A stretch of 64,000 nucleotides of DNA. Source: a virus. The notes beneath the pieces are model-generated. The model saw nothing but the letters and a program-made list of their open reading frames with translations. It was not told the DNA's origin and did not search any database. How positions within the stretch are numbered: position 1 is the first letter of the stretch; each line of letters opens with the position of its first letter. Positions 8,127 to 16,686 of the stretch are shown piece by piece. A program made the translations under genes and the position numbers. The stretch is taken from positions 1 through 64,000 of the IMG/VR virus record IMGVR_UViG_3300023172_000011; one strand, 5' to 3'.

Positions 8127-8490
8127 TTCCGGTTCGCCGGAATAAACATGTAGACGTTGTTAGTGAAACAACACAGGACGCGAGTTCGATTCTCGCCGCC
8201 TCCACCAGAAGCACACTAGGATGTTGAATACGGTCTATGTGAGGTTCAAATCCTCCTAGATGTAACCACGTACTCAAAGCATCTAGTTGACGGACTACTT
8301 ATGACGGTAAGATAGTGTGTTTCTGACGGGGGCGTAATGGTATCGACTGGTTGCGTAGGTGATGACTGCATGTGCTGGTTTGTCGAAGGGCCAGCTAAAA
8401 AATCGACAGACAATAACTGCAAAACCTAGTTTTGCGTTGGCTGCTTAGGCAGTCACGGGGGGTTGCCCGCCCTTGCTATCCAAACGGGCA
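8127..8490 (+). ncRNA. ssrA: tmRNA, circularly permuted two-piece gene (acceptor piece ~8127-8207, coding piece 8328-~8490)
   Basis: The 3' piece GGAC-GCGAG-TTCGATT-CTCGC-CGCCTCC-ACCA precedes the 5' piece GGGGGCG-TAATGGTATCGAC; G3-U70 pair; pk1 (GCTGG/CCAGC, TGTCGA/TCGACA); resume codon after ATAACT gives tag AKPSFALAA* (8419-8448). Confidence 0.93.
8208..8323 (+). ncRNA. Permuted tRNA-like (YrlA/Y RNA-like topology) element inside the tmRNA intervening sequence
   Basis: 11-bp outer stem 8208-8218/8313-8323; T arm GAGG-TTCAAAT-CCTC; 8-bp stem CTAGATGT/GCATCTAG with AACCA at its 3' side; D-like hairpin CTTA-TGACGG-TAAG. Confidence 0.6.
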
Positions 8491-8518
8491 TTTTTTCCTT
8501 TCACTGGAGATTATAGCT

Positions 8519-9043
8519 ATGGAAGAATATATTAAAATCCAAAAGGAAGCAACTAAGTGGGATAAAATTTTCTTCAGAGAAGCAATTCTTTGGAGTTTTA
8601 ACAGTCATGATAGTCAAACTAAATGTGGATGCGTCCTTGTAAAAGATAAAACTTCATTATCTACAGGATATAATGGATTCATCAGGGATATTGATGATAC
8701 TATACTACCAAGGGTTAGACCTCAAAAATATCCTTTCATGATTCACGCAGAGGCTAATGCTATTTACAATTGTTCAAGACTTGGTAGAAGTACTCTAGGA
8801 GCTACAGCATATATAACAGCAATACCATGTCTTGACTGTCTGCAAATGATATATCAATGCGGAATAAGTGAAATCAAATTCACAGATGCATCAAATCCTA
8901 AAATGGATATCTATTCTGAAAATTATTCGCAGATTTTAAGGCTAATCAAGGATAAAATATCTATAGTCTACATACCTAAAAAGTATGTTTTATTCGTTAG
9001 GGATATGGATGGAGATAAAGATGTTCAGGATCAGCAAAGATAA
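8519..9043 (+). CDS. dCMP deaminase
   Basis: TGYNG, HAEANAI, PCLDC zinc motifs; start moved to ATG 8519 (GGAG RBS) because the longer ORF overlaps tmRNA. Confidence 0.9.
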   Translation: MEEYIKIQKEATKWDKIFFREAILWSFNSHDSQTKCGCVLVKDKTSLSTGYNGFIRDIDDTILPRVRPQKYPFMIHAEANAIYNCSRLGRSTLGATAYITAIPCLDCLQMIYQCGISEIKFTDASNPKMDIYSENYSQILRLIKDKISIVYIPKKYVLFVRDMDGDKDVQDQQR

Positions 9044-9206
9044 GACAAAAGTTCTTGATCATGAGAATAGAGTTGTTGGATGGATTAATAATGAAAGATT
9101 TATTCAATATGGATGCGACCCGCTTTATAGGACTGGTCTAAGTCCTGCGGATCTAGAGAAGATATCAGAGCTTATGCAAAGGAATAACGTGGGAACTTTT
9201 AGATGA
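9021..9206 (+). CDS. Hypothetical protein
   Basis: GGAG RBS before ATG 9021. Confidence 0.55.
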   Translation: MFRISKDKTKVLDHENRVVGWINNERFIQYGCDPLYRTGLSPADLEKISELMQRNNVGTFR

Positions 9207-9697
9207 AAACTCTAATTTTAAATGCCAATGCTCGGCCATTGTCTGTTGTATCAGGCAGAAGGGCCGTAATGTTGGATCTTAATAATTCCAATGTTACGGC
9301 TCTTTCTTATTATATTAACAGTATTACAACGATTAATGGCTCAATGCCAATTCCGGCGGTGATGATATATTCTAAGTACATTGTCATTAATAAAAAAACA
9401 GTTCCTACCAAAAGATCTATTAGACTTAGAGACAACAATAAGTGCGGCTATTGTGGAGTGAATTTATCTCCAGAAACATTTACGATAGATCATATTATTC
9501 CTGTTAGCAAGTTCCCAAATAAGGCAGCGGCAAACACTTGGGAAAATCAAGTATCATGCTGTAGAAAATGCAATACATCTAAGGGCGATAAAACCTTAGA
9601 GCAGGCACGCATGACTTTGCTAGTCAAGCCAAAACCATTTAGCAAAATGATCTTATGCGAATCCGTCCCGCATGAATGGTCCAAGTACATACAATGA
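9203..9697 (+). CDS. HNH endonuclease
   Basis: RDNNKCGYCG...TIDHIIP...WENQVSCCRKCNTSKGDK. Confidence 0.9.
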   Translation: MKTLILNANARPLSVVSGRRAVMLDLNNSNVTALSYYINSITTINGSMPIPAVMIYSKYIVINKKTVPTKRSIRLRDNNKCGYCGVNLSPETFTIDHIIPVSKFPNKAAANTWENQVSCCRKCNTSKGDKTLEQARMTLLVKPKPFSKMILCESVPHEWSKYIQ

Positions 9698-9772
9698 ATT
9701 TCATGGCGTATACTATAAGACAGGCTTTGATCTTGTGTTTTGCCTATACAGAAAAGTTGAGGGAGACTTGCC

Positions 9773-9973
9773 ATGAAAAATTTTACACTGGGATTTCTAT
9801 TGTCTGGATGCATTTGTTTAATTAGCTATATTGTCTGGGAAAATCATAGACATGTACCTGTAATTATTAAGCAGGTTCCTGTTCCAGTTGCTGTCCCACT
9901 GCAACAATCCTCACCATTCCCACCAAACTCAAACCTCGCCTTAATTCTGGAGAAAAACAATGATAACATTTGA
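9773..9973 (+). CDS. Small membrane-anchored protein
   Basis: N-terminal TM helix, Pro-rich tail, GGAG RBS. Confidence 0.55.
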   Translation: MKNFTLGFLLSGCICLISYIVWENHRHVPVIIKQVPVPVAVPLQQSSPFPPNSNLALILEKNNDNI

Positions 9974-11213
9974 TTTTGGCAGAAGATCTTTCTTAAAGAT
10001 TGGATCTATAAGTACAGCAATGTCAATAGCTGGATTTACAGACGCAGCCTTTCATCAGGATACAAATAGTAAGTCAGTGATCTGGATATGGCTTGGTGGA
10101 GGCCCAGCACAATTTGAAACATTCCATGCACCAACAGATACAGTTCCTGCCGAATGGCGACCTGTTGATGGATCTAATTATTGTGCATCAACTAACATTA
10201 ATCTTGGTGCCAACTGGACAGAACTTGCTAAACATACAAGTAAGTTGAATGTCGTCAATTCATTTAGTCATGGAGACTCTGCTCATCTACAGGCTACTCA
10301 CTTTATGATGACTGGACATTATAATAAAGAAAGAACACAAACCGCTATATCTAAAATGCCTTCATTTGGATCATTAGTTTCTGCTATTTACGGAGCTAAT
10401 CATCCCGCCAATGGTATGCCATGTTATGTGAAACAAGGCAAAATTGATGGTGAAGATCCAGCATGGCTTGGTGGAGCTTATAAGCCTTTTGATCCATCAG
10501 CAAAGGATAATCTCTCTCCAAGAATTGAGATGGAGAGATTTAATAATAGACGAGAACTTCTAAATAGCATTGACAGTCTTGGTCAAAAAATCAATAGTAG
10601 ATCAGCAAAATCTGTTGGATTTTATAAAGATCAAGCCTATAATGTTATATTAGGATCTGCAAAAGATGCATTTGATCTCAAGCAAGAATCTGATGACACT
10701 AGGAAAATCTATGGTTCAGAAAAAGCTAATGATATTGGCGAACAAATGATTTTAGCCAGAAGATTAGTTGAAAATGGAACCAAGTTTGTTACAATACACT
10801 ATGGCGGATGGGATATGCATAACAATATCTCAGATGGCATTAAAAAGAGAGTACCTCCAATTGATAAAGCAATCTCTGGTCTTTTACAAGATTTGTGGGA
10901 TCGTGGAATTAATGAAGAGGTATTAGTTGTTGTTACTGGAGAATTTGGAAGAACTAAGATCAATGCAACAGCAGGTCGTGACCATTGGCCTTCTATTACT
11001 CCGTTAATGATGGCTGGAGGCAAATACCAATCAGGAAGAACTATTGGCGAAGCCGATAGATCATATGTACCTAAGAGTGATAAGTTTGGACCGTTAGATT
11101 TACAGGCTACAATTTTTGACCACATGTTAATTGATGGAAGGCAGCAGCGATTTGATATGGCTGGTCGTCCAAGATATTTACTTGATGGCGAAGCTAAAAT
11201 CATTTTATCGTAG
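9960..11213 (+). CDS. DUF1501 family protein with Tat signal
   Basis: RRSFLK Tat motif; KSVIWIWLGGGP.QFETF, ARRLVE.G..FV, GWDMH, GEFGRT.KIN...GRDHW. Confidence 0.88.
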   Translation: MITFDFGRRSFLKIGSISTAMSIAGFTDAAFHQDTNSKSVIWIWLGGGPAQFETFHAPTDTVPAEWRPVDGSNYCASTNINLGANWTELAKHTSKLNVVNSFSHGDSAHLQATHFMMTGHYNKERTQTAISKMPSFGSLVSAIYGANHPANGMPCYVKQGKIDGEDPAWLGGAYKPFDPSAKDNLSPRIEMERFNNRRELLNSIDSLGQKINSRSAKSVGFYKDQAYNVILGSAKDAFDLKQESDDTRKIYGSEKANDIGEQMILARRLVENGTKFVTIHYGGWDMHNNISDGIKKRVPPIDKAISGLLQDLWDRGINEEVLVVVTGEFGRTKINATAGRDHWPSITPLMMAGGKYQSGRTIGEADRSYVPKSDKFGPLDLQATIFDHMLIDGRQQRFDMAGRPRYLLDGEAKIILS

Positions 11214-11221
11214 GAGATTTT

Positions 11222-12493
11222 ATGTTTAATGCTCATATTGGAAGACGTAGTTTATTTAAGGCTGGATTACTTAGTTTTATGGCTCCAAAGTTATTTGGGG
11301 ATATTAAAAACTTTGAAAGCGTAGAAGGTCCAGCTAAGAGCGTAATCTTTATTTACCTTCCCGGAGGTATGGCTGCACAGGAGAGTTTTGACCCTAAGCC
11401 ACTAGCACCTGTTGAATATAGAGGCCAAATGGCAAGTATTCAAACTAATGTTGCTGGAACTTTTCTTAATGAGAAGTTAGTTAAGACCGCTGGCGTTGCC
11501 GATAAGCTAACAATCATACGTAGTATGACTCATGGAGAGGCCGCACACGAGCGAGGAACGCATAATGTCTTTACTGGTTATAGACCAAGCCCAGCACTAA
11601 ACTATCCGTCTATAGGGGCTGTGGTGACTCATGAGTTTGGTTCTAGAAATAACCTTCCGGCTTATATCTGCATTCCTAATCTGCCTAATGAATTTGCTGG
11701 AACTGGATATCTTAGCAGTTCTTATGGACCATTTAGCTTAGGCTCTGATCCAGCAAGAGATGACTTTAAGGTTAGAGACTTGGCAAGCGAAATTGGTCAG
11801 GCAAGATTTGCAAGACGACGTAGCACGTTAGATCTTGTAAATAAAAGTTTCATAGAAAAAGCTAAAGATGCAGATAATGTCAAGGCTATGAATACATTTT
11901 ATGATAAAGCCTATGATCTTATCTCTAGCACAGAAGCACAGGAAGCCTTTAAATTAGAAAAAGAATCTCCTGAAGTCAGAGAGAGATATGGTAAGAACAC
12001 TGCTGGAGCACGCATGTTGCTATCACGCAGACTCGTAGAAGCTGGAGCAAGATTTGTCACGATGACTTATGGCGGATGGGATATGCACGATAATATCGCC
12101 AATGGAATTAATAGTCAAATGCCAGCGTTCGATCAGGGTTTTGCTGCCCTAATTTCTGATCTATCAGAAAGAGGATTGCTTGACTCTACTTTAGTTTGTG
12201 TTGTTTCTGAATTTGGTAGAACACCTAAGATTAACAATACATCAGGAAGAGACCATTGGCCGCGAGTATTTAGCTCTGTATTAGCTGGTGGCGGAATCAA
12301 GGGTGGAATTACTTATGGAACATCTGATGCTACAGGATCTGAACCAGATCAAAATCCTGTAGAAATTCCTCATTGGGCAGGCACTATCTATCATCAAATG
12401 GGAATTAATCCAGACAAGGAATTAATGGCTCCGGGTGATAGACCAATTGAGATTGTTGACTTTGCTGAAGTTATTAAAGACATTATTGCTTAG
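11222..12493 (+). CDS. DUF1501 family protein with Tat signal
   Basis: RRSLFK; AKSVIFIYLPGG..AQESFDPKP, RRLVEAGARFV, GWDMH, EFGRTPKIN..GRDHWP. Confidence 0.9.
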   Translation: MFNAHIGRRSLFKAGLLSFMAPKLFGDIKNFESVEGPAKSVIFIYLPGGMAAQESFDPKPLAPVEYRGQMASIQTNVAGTFLNEKLVKTAGVADKLTIIRSMTHGEAAHERGTHNVFTGYRPSPALNYPSIGAVVTHEFGSRNNLPAYICIPNLPNEFAGTGYLSSSYGPFSLGSDPARDDFKVRDLASEIGQARFARRRSTLDLVNKSFIEKAKDADNVKAMNTFYDKAYDLISSTEAQEAFKLEKESPEVRERYGKNTAGARMLLSRRLVEAGARFVTMTYGGWDMHDNIANGINSQMPAFDQGFAALISDLSERGLLDSTLVCVVSEFGRTPKINNTSGRDHWPRVFSSVLAGGGIKGGITYGTSDATGSEPDQNPVEIPHWAGTIYHQMGINPDKELMAPGDRPIEIVDFAEVIKDIIA

Positions 12494-12502
12494 GAGTTTT
12501 TA

Positions 12503-13096
12503 ATGCTATACGAACGGTTACATCTAGCACTGCTAGAAGCGAGGGCTGCACAAAAAGTTACTGATTACTGGACTAAATTACTACCTAGTCCTCCGTCTGA
12601 TACGAGCGAACAAACTAAACGTGAGCTAAGTCAAGTTAAGAAGATGGCGAACAATAGATCTCCAGAAGAATTAGAGTTAGTTAAAAGGATTGATGATGAT
12701 CCTGCGGCAACTCTACGAGATGTTGTTAAGAAGCACGGACTGGAATATCCAAAAGCTGAATTTGATAAGGCATATAAGGTATTACAGCCTATTCTTTTAA
12801 AGCTAAAACGTCATTTTAAAAGGCCAAGACCATATGCTCTTGATAAATCAATCAAGTATGTACCATCAAAAACACATAAGTATATGGCTTATCCATCAGG
12901 ACATGTAGCCTTTGCAGCATTGGCGGAAAAGATTCTATCAATGAAGTATCCGTCACATTCTGCTGAATTTAAATCTGCATTAAAAGATGTTGGCAGGGCG
13001 AGGATGCTAATGGGAGTTCATTATCCAAGTGATAACACGGCAGGTGAAAAATTAGTAGATAAACTTTGGCCCACTCTAAAAAAGGAACTCACATGA
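12503..13096 (+). CDS. PAP2-family acid phosphatase
   Basis: K..FKRPRP, YPSGH, R...GVHYPSD catalytic motifs. Confidence 0.85.
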   Translation: MLYERLHLALLEARAAQKVTDYWTKLLPSPPSDTSEQTKRELSQVKKMANNRSPEELELVKRIDDDPAATLRDVVKKHGLEYPKAEFDKAYKVLQPILLKLKRHFKRPRPYALDKSIKYVPSKTHKYMAYPSGHVAFAALAEKILSMKYPSHSAEFKSALKDVGRARMLMGVHYPSDNTAGEKLVDKLWPTLKKELT

Positions 13097-13413
13097 GAGC
13101 AGAAGACATAGATTATATTGTAGCATCAAAATCAGATGCAACATCAAATGATGACGTTAAGCAAGTAATTTTTGAAGACGCCTTTATGGCAGCAAGAGAA
13201 TGTTATGGCAGATTAACATCTTATCACTGCCAGACTATGACGTACAATGAACTCTACTTTAGGTTCAATCGTTATATTAAGACTAAGGCAAATTTCACTA
13301 ATCGTCCCGCCGGATTTATTCCTTCAGTTATCTGGTGGTGGATCGCTAAGGCTATTATCAACTGGATTATTAGCAGGATTATTGATCATATCATGAAACA
13401 TGACCGAGAGTAG
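13093..13413 (+). CDS. Hypothetical protein
   Basis: ATGA coupling to the PAP2 gene; hydrophobic C-terminus. Confidence 0.65.
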   Translation: MRAEDIDYIVASKSDATSNDDVKQVIFEDAFMAARECYGRLTSYHCQTMTYNELYFRFNRYIKTKANFTNRPAGFIPSVIWWWIAKAIINWIISRIIDHIMKHDRE

Positions 13414-13843
13414 CTAAAAAACTGGATGAAGAATGAACTTTCTTCAATGGAATAAATACCGTCTGCACATCTAATTTGTCGCAGACGGTTTTTTCTTGGA
13501 TATTGTAATTGTCTGGCGGTCTATCTCCGCTATTAAAGAACATAAACTTATAATTCTTGTTGTATTCAAAAATTGTTTCTTCTACTATTTTAGCAATAGT
13601 ATTCGAAACGGAGCGATCCTTGTCAATCGACACATATACTGCATCAATAGATTTTATATTTTTCATAATATCATATCTATGATTCTCGTCCATAAATTTA
13701 TTAGAGCCTTTTATCTGCACTTGAAGATCATTATTTACAATACAATTTAAAAAATCACACTGTTTTTTGGCGGCATTAATATATTCTAAATGACCACGAT
13801 GTAGCGGATTAAAATATCCAGAAACTATACCAATTCTGTACAT
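13391..13843 (-). CDS. Cytidylyl/adenylyltransferase (TagD/RfaE-like)
   Basis: SGYFNPLHRGH (HxGH), VNND, SSS tail. Confidence 0.88.
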   Translation of the reverse strand: MYRIGIVSGYFNPLHRGHLEYINAAKKQCDFLNCIVNNDLQVQIKGSNKFMDENHRYDIMKNIKSIDAVYVSIDKDRSVSNTIAKIVEETIFEYNKNYKFMFFNSGDRPPDNYNIQEKTVCDKLDVQTVFIPLKKVHSSSSFLATLGHVS

Positions 13844-14220
13844 TAAACTTCTACTCCAGATATTCCCAAGTCTCTTTCTATTGGATAAGCATATGCTGTT
13901 ATTGTGCCGTCAGGCTTTTTATCATTCACAAGAACTCTCGGACCAACAGGAAGTCCCATGACTAGCTGATCATAAAATATACCGGCTTCGCTTAACTGAC
14001 GCTCTAGCGAGCTTCTAACACCTTCAGGTCTAGCGGTAGTAAGTACGATATAATAGTCTTTAGCACGCCATTCTAAAAATTTTTCATGCACTCCATAAAT
14101 AACTTCTAGTTGCTCAGTTATCATTCTGCATAAATTTTTCTTATGAATGACAAGAGTTCCATCAATATCTAAAAAAATAGTTTTTCTTCTAATTCTTTCT
14201 TGTGTTTCTGTATTACTCAT
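13843..14220 (-). CDS. HAD-family phosphatase
   Basis: FLDIDGTL, TTAR, VNDK motifs. Confidence 0.8.
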   Translation of the reverse strand: MSNTETQERIRRKTIFLDIDGTLVIHKKNLCRMITEQLEVIYGVHEKFLEWRAKDYYIVLTTARPEGVRSSLERQLSEAGIFYDQLVMGLPVGPRVLVNDKKPDGTITAYAYPIERDLGISGVEV

Positions 14221-15187
14221 TTATAATTTTAGATCCTTCAAAGTCAATGTTAAAATCCACGTAATTTTGTTTATATTTTCTCCTAAACTCTTTCTTATTC
14301 ACTTTATCAGATAATATGCCAAATATGAAACCTGCACCGCCAGATCCTAATAATTTTCCGCCAATCATACCATCTTCCGATAACTGTGAATAAAAATTGT
14401 TTATGCGGTCATTACTTATTAAGTTAGATATCTGTTTTTTATAGTTCCAAGATTTGTCGAGGAGCGATGCAATATTTTCAATGTTAGCCTCTTGAAATTG
14501 TTCATAAGCCAAATGTGATAATTCTTTAATCTTGTGCTTATGCTCTTGGGAAGAATTAATATTGTAAGATTTAGCAATTTTAAAAGAATGCCTTGTGCTG
14601 CCCGTATAAATTAGGATTGATCTTTCTAAGAAATTTTTCAAAAAATGCTCACAGATAGGCAATGGCTTGACATGAAAAAAGCCATTTTTTTCAATAGATA
14701 TTGAGTTAATACCTCCATATGCAGACCAAATTTGATCCTGAATACCTCCAGTCTCCATCAGTATATTCCGTTCAACATTTATTGCTTGTTGGGATAGTTC
14801 TTTTTTAGTGACATATTTATTACTCAGTCTATGCAAGCAGTTTAATAAGCCAACAACAAATGCAGACGAAGATCCAGTTCCAGTTTGAGCCGGAAGATCC
14901 GCATTATGAGATAGCTCTATGCCATATCTGATAGATAAAAAGTCTAGACAGCCCCTAACTCCGTCATGGTTGATTTTTGAATTATTATTTACAATTTCAG
15001 TTTTTGAATATGATAATTTACTTTTGTAATCAAATATGGATGGAGTTTTTCTTACAGAAAGGTAGCAGTATTTATTAATAGCGAATCCGATTAATAAGGA
15101 TTCGTGCTTAGAGAAATACGATTCATAATCGGTAGATCCTCCAAATAAAGATATTCTAAAAGGCGTTCTACTGATAATCATAATCAA
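14213..15187 (-). CDS. GHMP sugar kinase (HddA-like heptose-7-phosphate kinase)
   Basis: SRTPFRISLFGGSTD, GTGSSSAF, GGIQDQ, GGKLLGSGGAGF. Confidence 0.88.
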   Translation of the reverse strand: MIMIISRTPFRISLFGGSTDYESYFSKHESLLIGFAINKYCYLSVRKTPSIFDYKSKLSYSKTEIVNNNSKINHDGVRGCLDFLSIRYGIELSHNADLPAQTGTGSSSAFVVGLLNCLHRLSNKYVTKKELSQQAINVERNILMETGGIQDQIWSAYGGINSISIEKNGFFHVKPLPICEHFLKNFLERSILIYTGSTRHSFKIAKSYNINSSQEHKHKIKELSHLAYEQFQEANIENIASLLDKSWNYKKQISNLISNDRINNFYSQLSEDGMIGGKLLGSGGAGFIFGILSDKVNKKEFRRKYKQNYVDFNIDFEGSKIINE

Positions 15188-16140
15188 TAATTTCTACAAC
15201 GAAGTTCGTCAGACTTTGACATTAATCTATAAAAGTTGACCATTTGATTAACGCCAAACCTCAAACTAACTGATGGTTTCCATCCTAAAGAGTACAGCTT
15301 TTGGCTACTAACTAAATAATCTCTTTTATCTGGATCGGTACGATTATCTTGAGTTACAAAATCTGAGCCAACAATTGAACATATTTCCTTAACTAAATTT
15401 TCTTTAGTTGTATTTAAAGAATCATTTCCTAAATTAAAAACTCCATGTATGTCTTCACTCTTTTTATATGTTATTTTATCAATAATAAAGTTAAAAGCTG
15501 AAACTATGTCATCTACATGAATATAGTTTCTCCTGAAGTGACCATCAAACAAGAATATTCTTCCAGTTTCTAATGCTGTTTTAGTTAAATTATTAACAAG
15601 AAGATCCGTTCTGGGGCGATAAGACCATCCAAATACTGTAGCTAAACGAAAACAGGTAGACTTTTCATAAGTCATCAATAAATTTTCAGAATCTTGTTTT
15701 GTTTTTGCGTAAAGTGATAAGGGATTAGATGGAGTTTCTTCTGTACAAATTTCTTCGCCGGTTGAGCCATAACCAGAGTTTGTATTTGGATAAATTATAT
15801 GTTGATCTTTAAGATACGGCAATAGTTTAGAAAACCATTCAAAGTTGATTTTATATGTTAGCTCTGGATATTTGTCACATAGCGGAGCACCAACCAGTGC
15901 GGCAAGTGGAATAATAATATCTGCATTTTTTATAGCATCTTTTAAATTTTCAGACCAACTGGTAACGTCTTCAACAAAAAATTTTGATACACCAATAGAA
16001 TTGCACGCCACTTTACTAACAAGCGTCCCCTGATCATAAAAAAGATTATCAAAACCTATAACATTGTGACCGCGTTTTACTAAAAAATCGAATAATTTAC
16101 TTCCAATATATCCAGCGGCACCAGTAATAACTATTTTCAT
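15184..16140 (-). CDS. NAD-dependent epimerase/dehydratase
   Basis: ITGAAGYIGS, YAKTK, FRLATVFG. Confidence 0.9.
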   Translation of the reverse strand: MKIVITGAAGYIGSKLFDFLVKRGHNVIGFDNLFYDQGTLVSKVACNSIGVSKFFVEDVTSWSENLKDAIKNADIIIPLAALVGAPLCDKYPELTYKINFEWFSKLLPYLKDQHIIYPNTNSGYGSTGEEICTEETPSNPLSLYAKTKQDSENLLMTYEKSTCFRLATVFGWSYRPRTDLLVNNLTKTALETGRIFLFDGHFRRNYIHVDDIVSAFNFIIDKITYKKSEDIHGVFNLGNDSLNTTKENLVKEICSIVGSDFVTQDNRTDPDKRDYLVSSQKLYSLGWKPSVSLRFGVNQMVNFYRLMSKSDELRCRNY

Positions 16141-16170
16141 ATTAGTTCTCTATTATTGCATGTAAAAAAA

Positions 16171-16686
16171 TTAGATATAAGAATAGATAATTTTAAATAT
16201 TTCACATTCTGCTTTTTTCACAGACTCAAGCCATTGATTGACAGAATTGGAGCCAATATAATCTGTAATATATTTATGACAAACAAAATTAACACCAAAA
16301 TTATGACAGACATGAGCAATAGCAAAACTCTCCATATCTACGAGATCGGGTTTATCTAAATATAGATTTTCATTATCAACAAAAGAATCAGATGAACCAA
16401 TAGTTAAACCATCTTTATTAAAGACATATCTTTCATTATTAAATGAATCATCTCCATCTAGATTTACAAAAGTACCGCACTTATGCATTCCAGAATAAGC
16501 CTCATTAAAACTTCCAGCGGTTCCTACATTAACAATCAAATCAAGATTATTACCCCATTGAGTGCATAGTTTAGTAGCCCACATAGCGGCGTTCGTTTTG
16601 CCAATTCCTGTAAAAATAACACTGTCTTCGACTATAGACGGACAATTTGGTAGCTCAAGTTCACTCGCTATTAAAAAAAATTTCAT
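16171..16686 (-). CDS. MTA/SAH nucleosidase-like protein (PNP_UDP_1)
   Basis: TGIGKTNAA, NVGTAG, VDMESFAIA, KYITD. Confidence 0.85.
   Translation of the reverse strand: MKFFLIASELELPNCPSIVEDSVIFTGIGKTNAAMWATKLCTQWGNNLDLIVNVGTAGSFNEAYSGMHKCGTFVNLDGDDSFNNERYVFNKDGLTIGSSDSFVDNENLYLDKPDLVDMESFAIAHVCHNFGVNFVCHKYITDYIGSNSVNQWLESVKKAECEIFKIIYSYI

Noticed and set aside
4322-8277. Minus-strand ORFs 4322-4609, 7886-8068 and 8065-8277
   Set aside because: They are antisense shadows of the tRNA/tmRNA genes.
8432-8518. N-terminal extension of the dCMP deaminase ORF from TTG 8432
   Set aside because: It overlaps the tmRNA tag region; ATG 8519 has a GGAG RBS.
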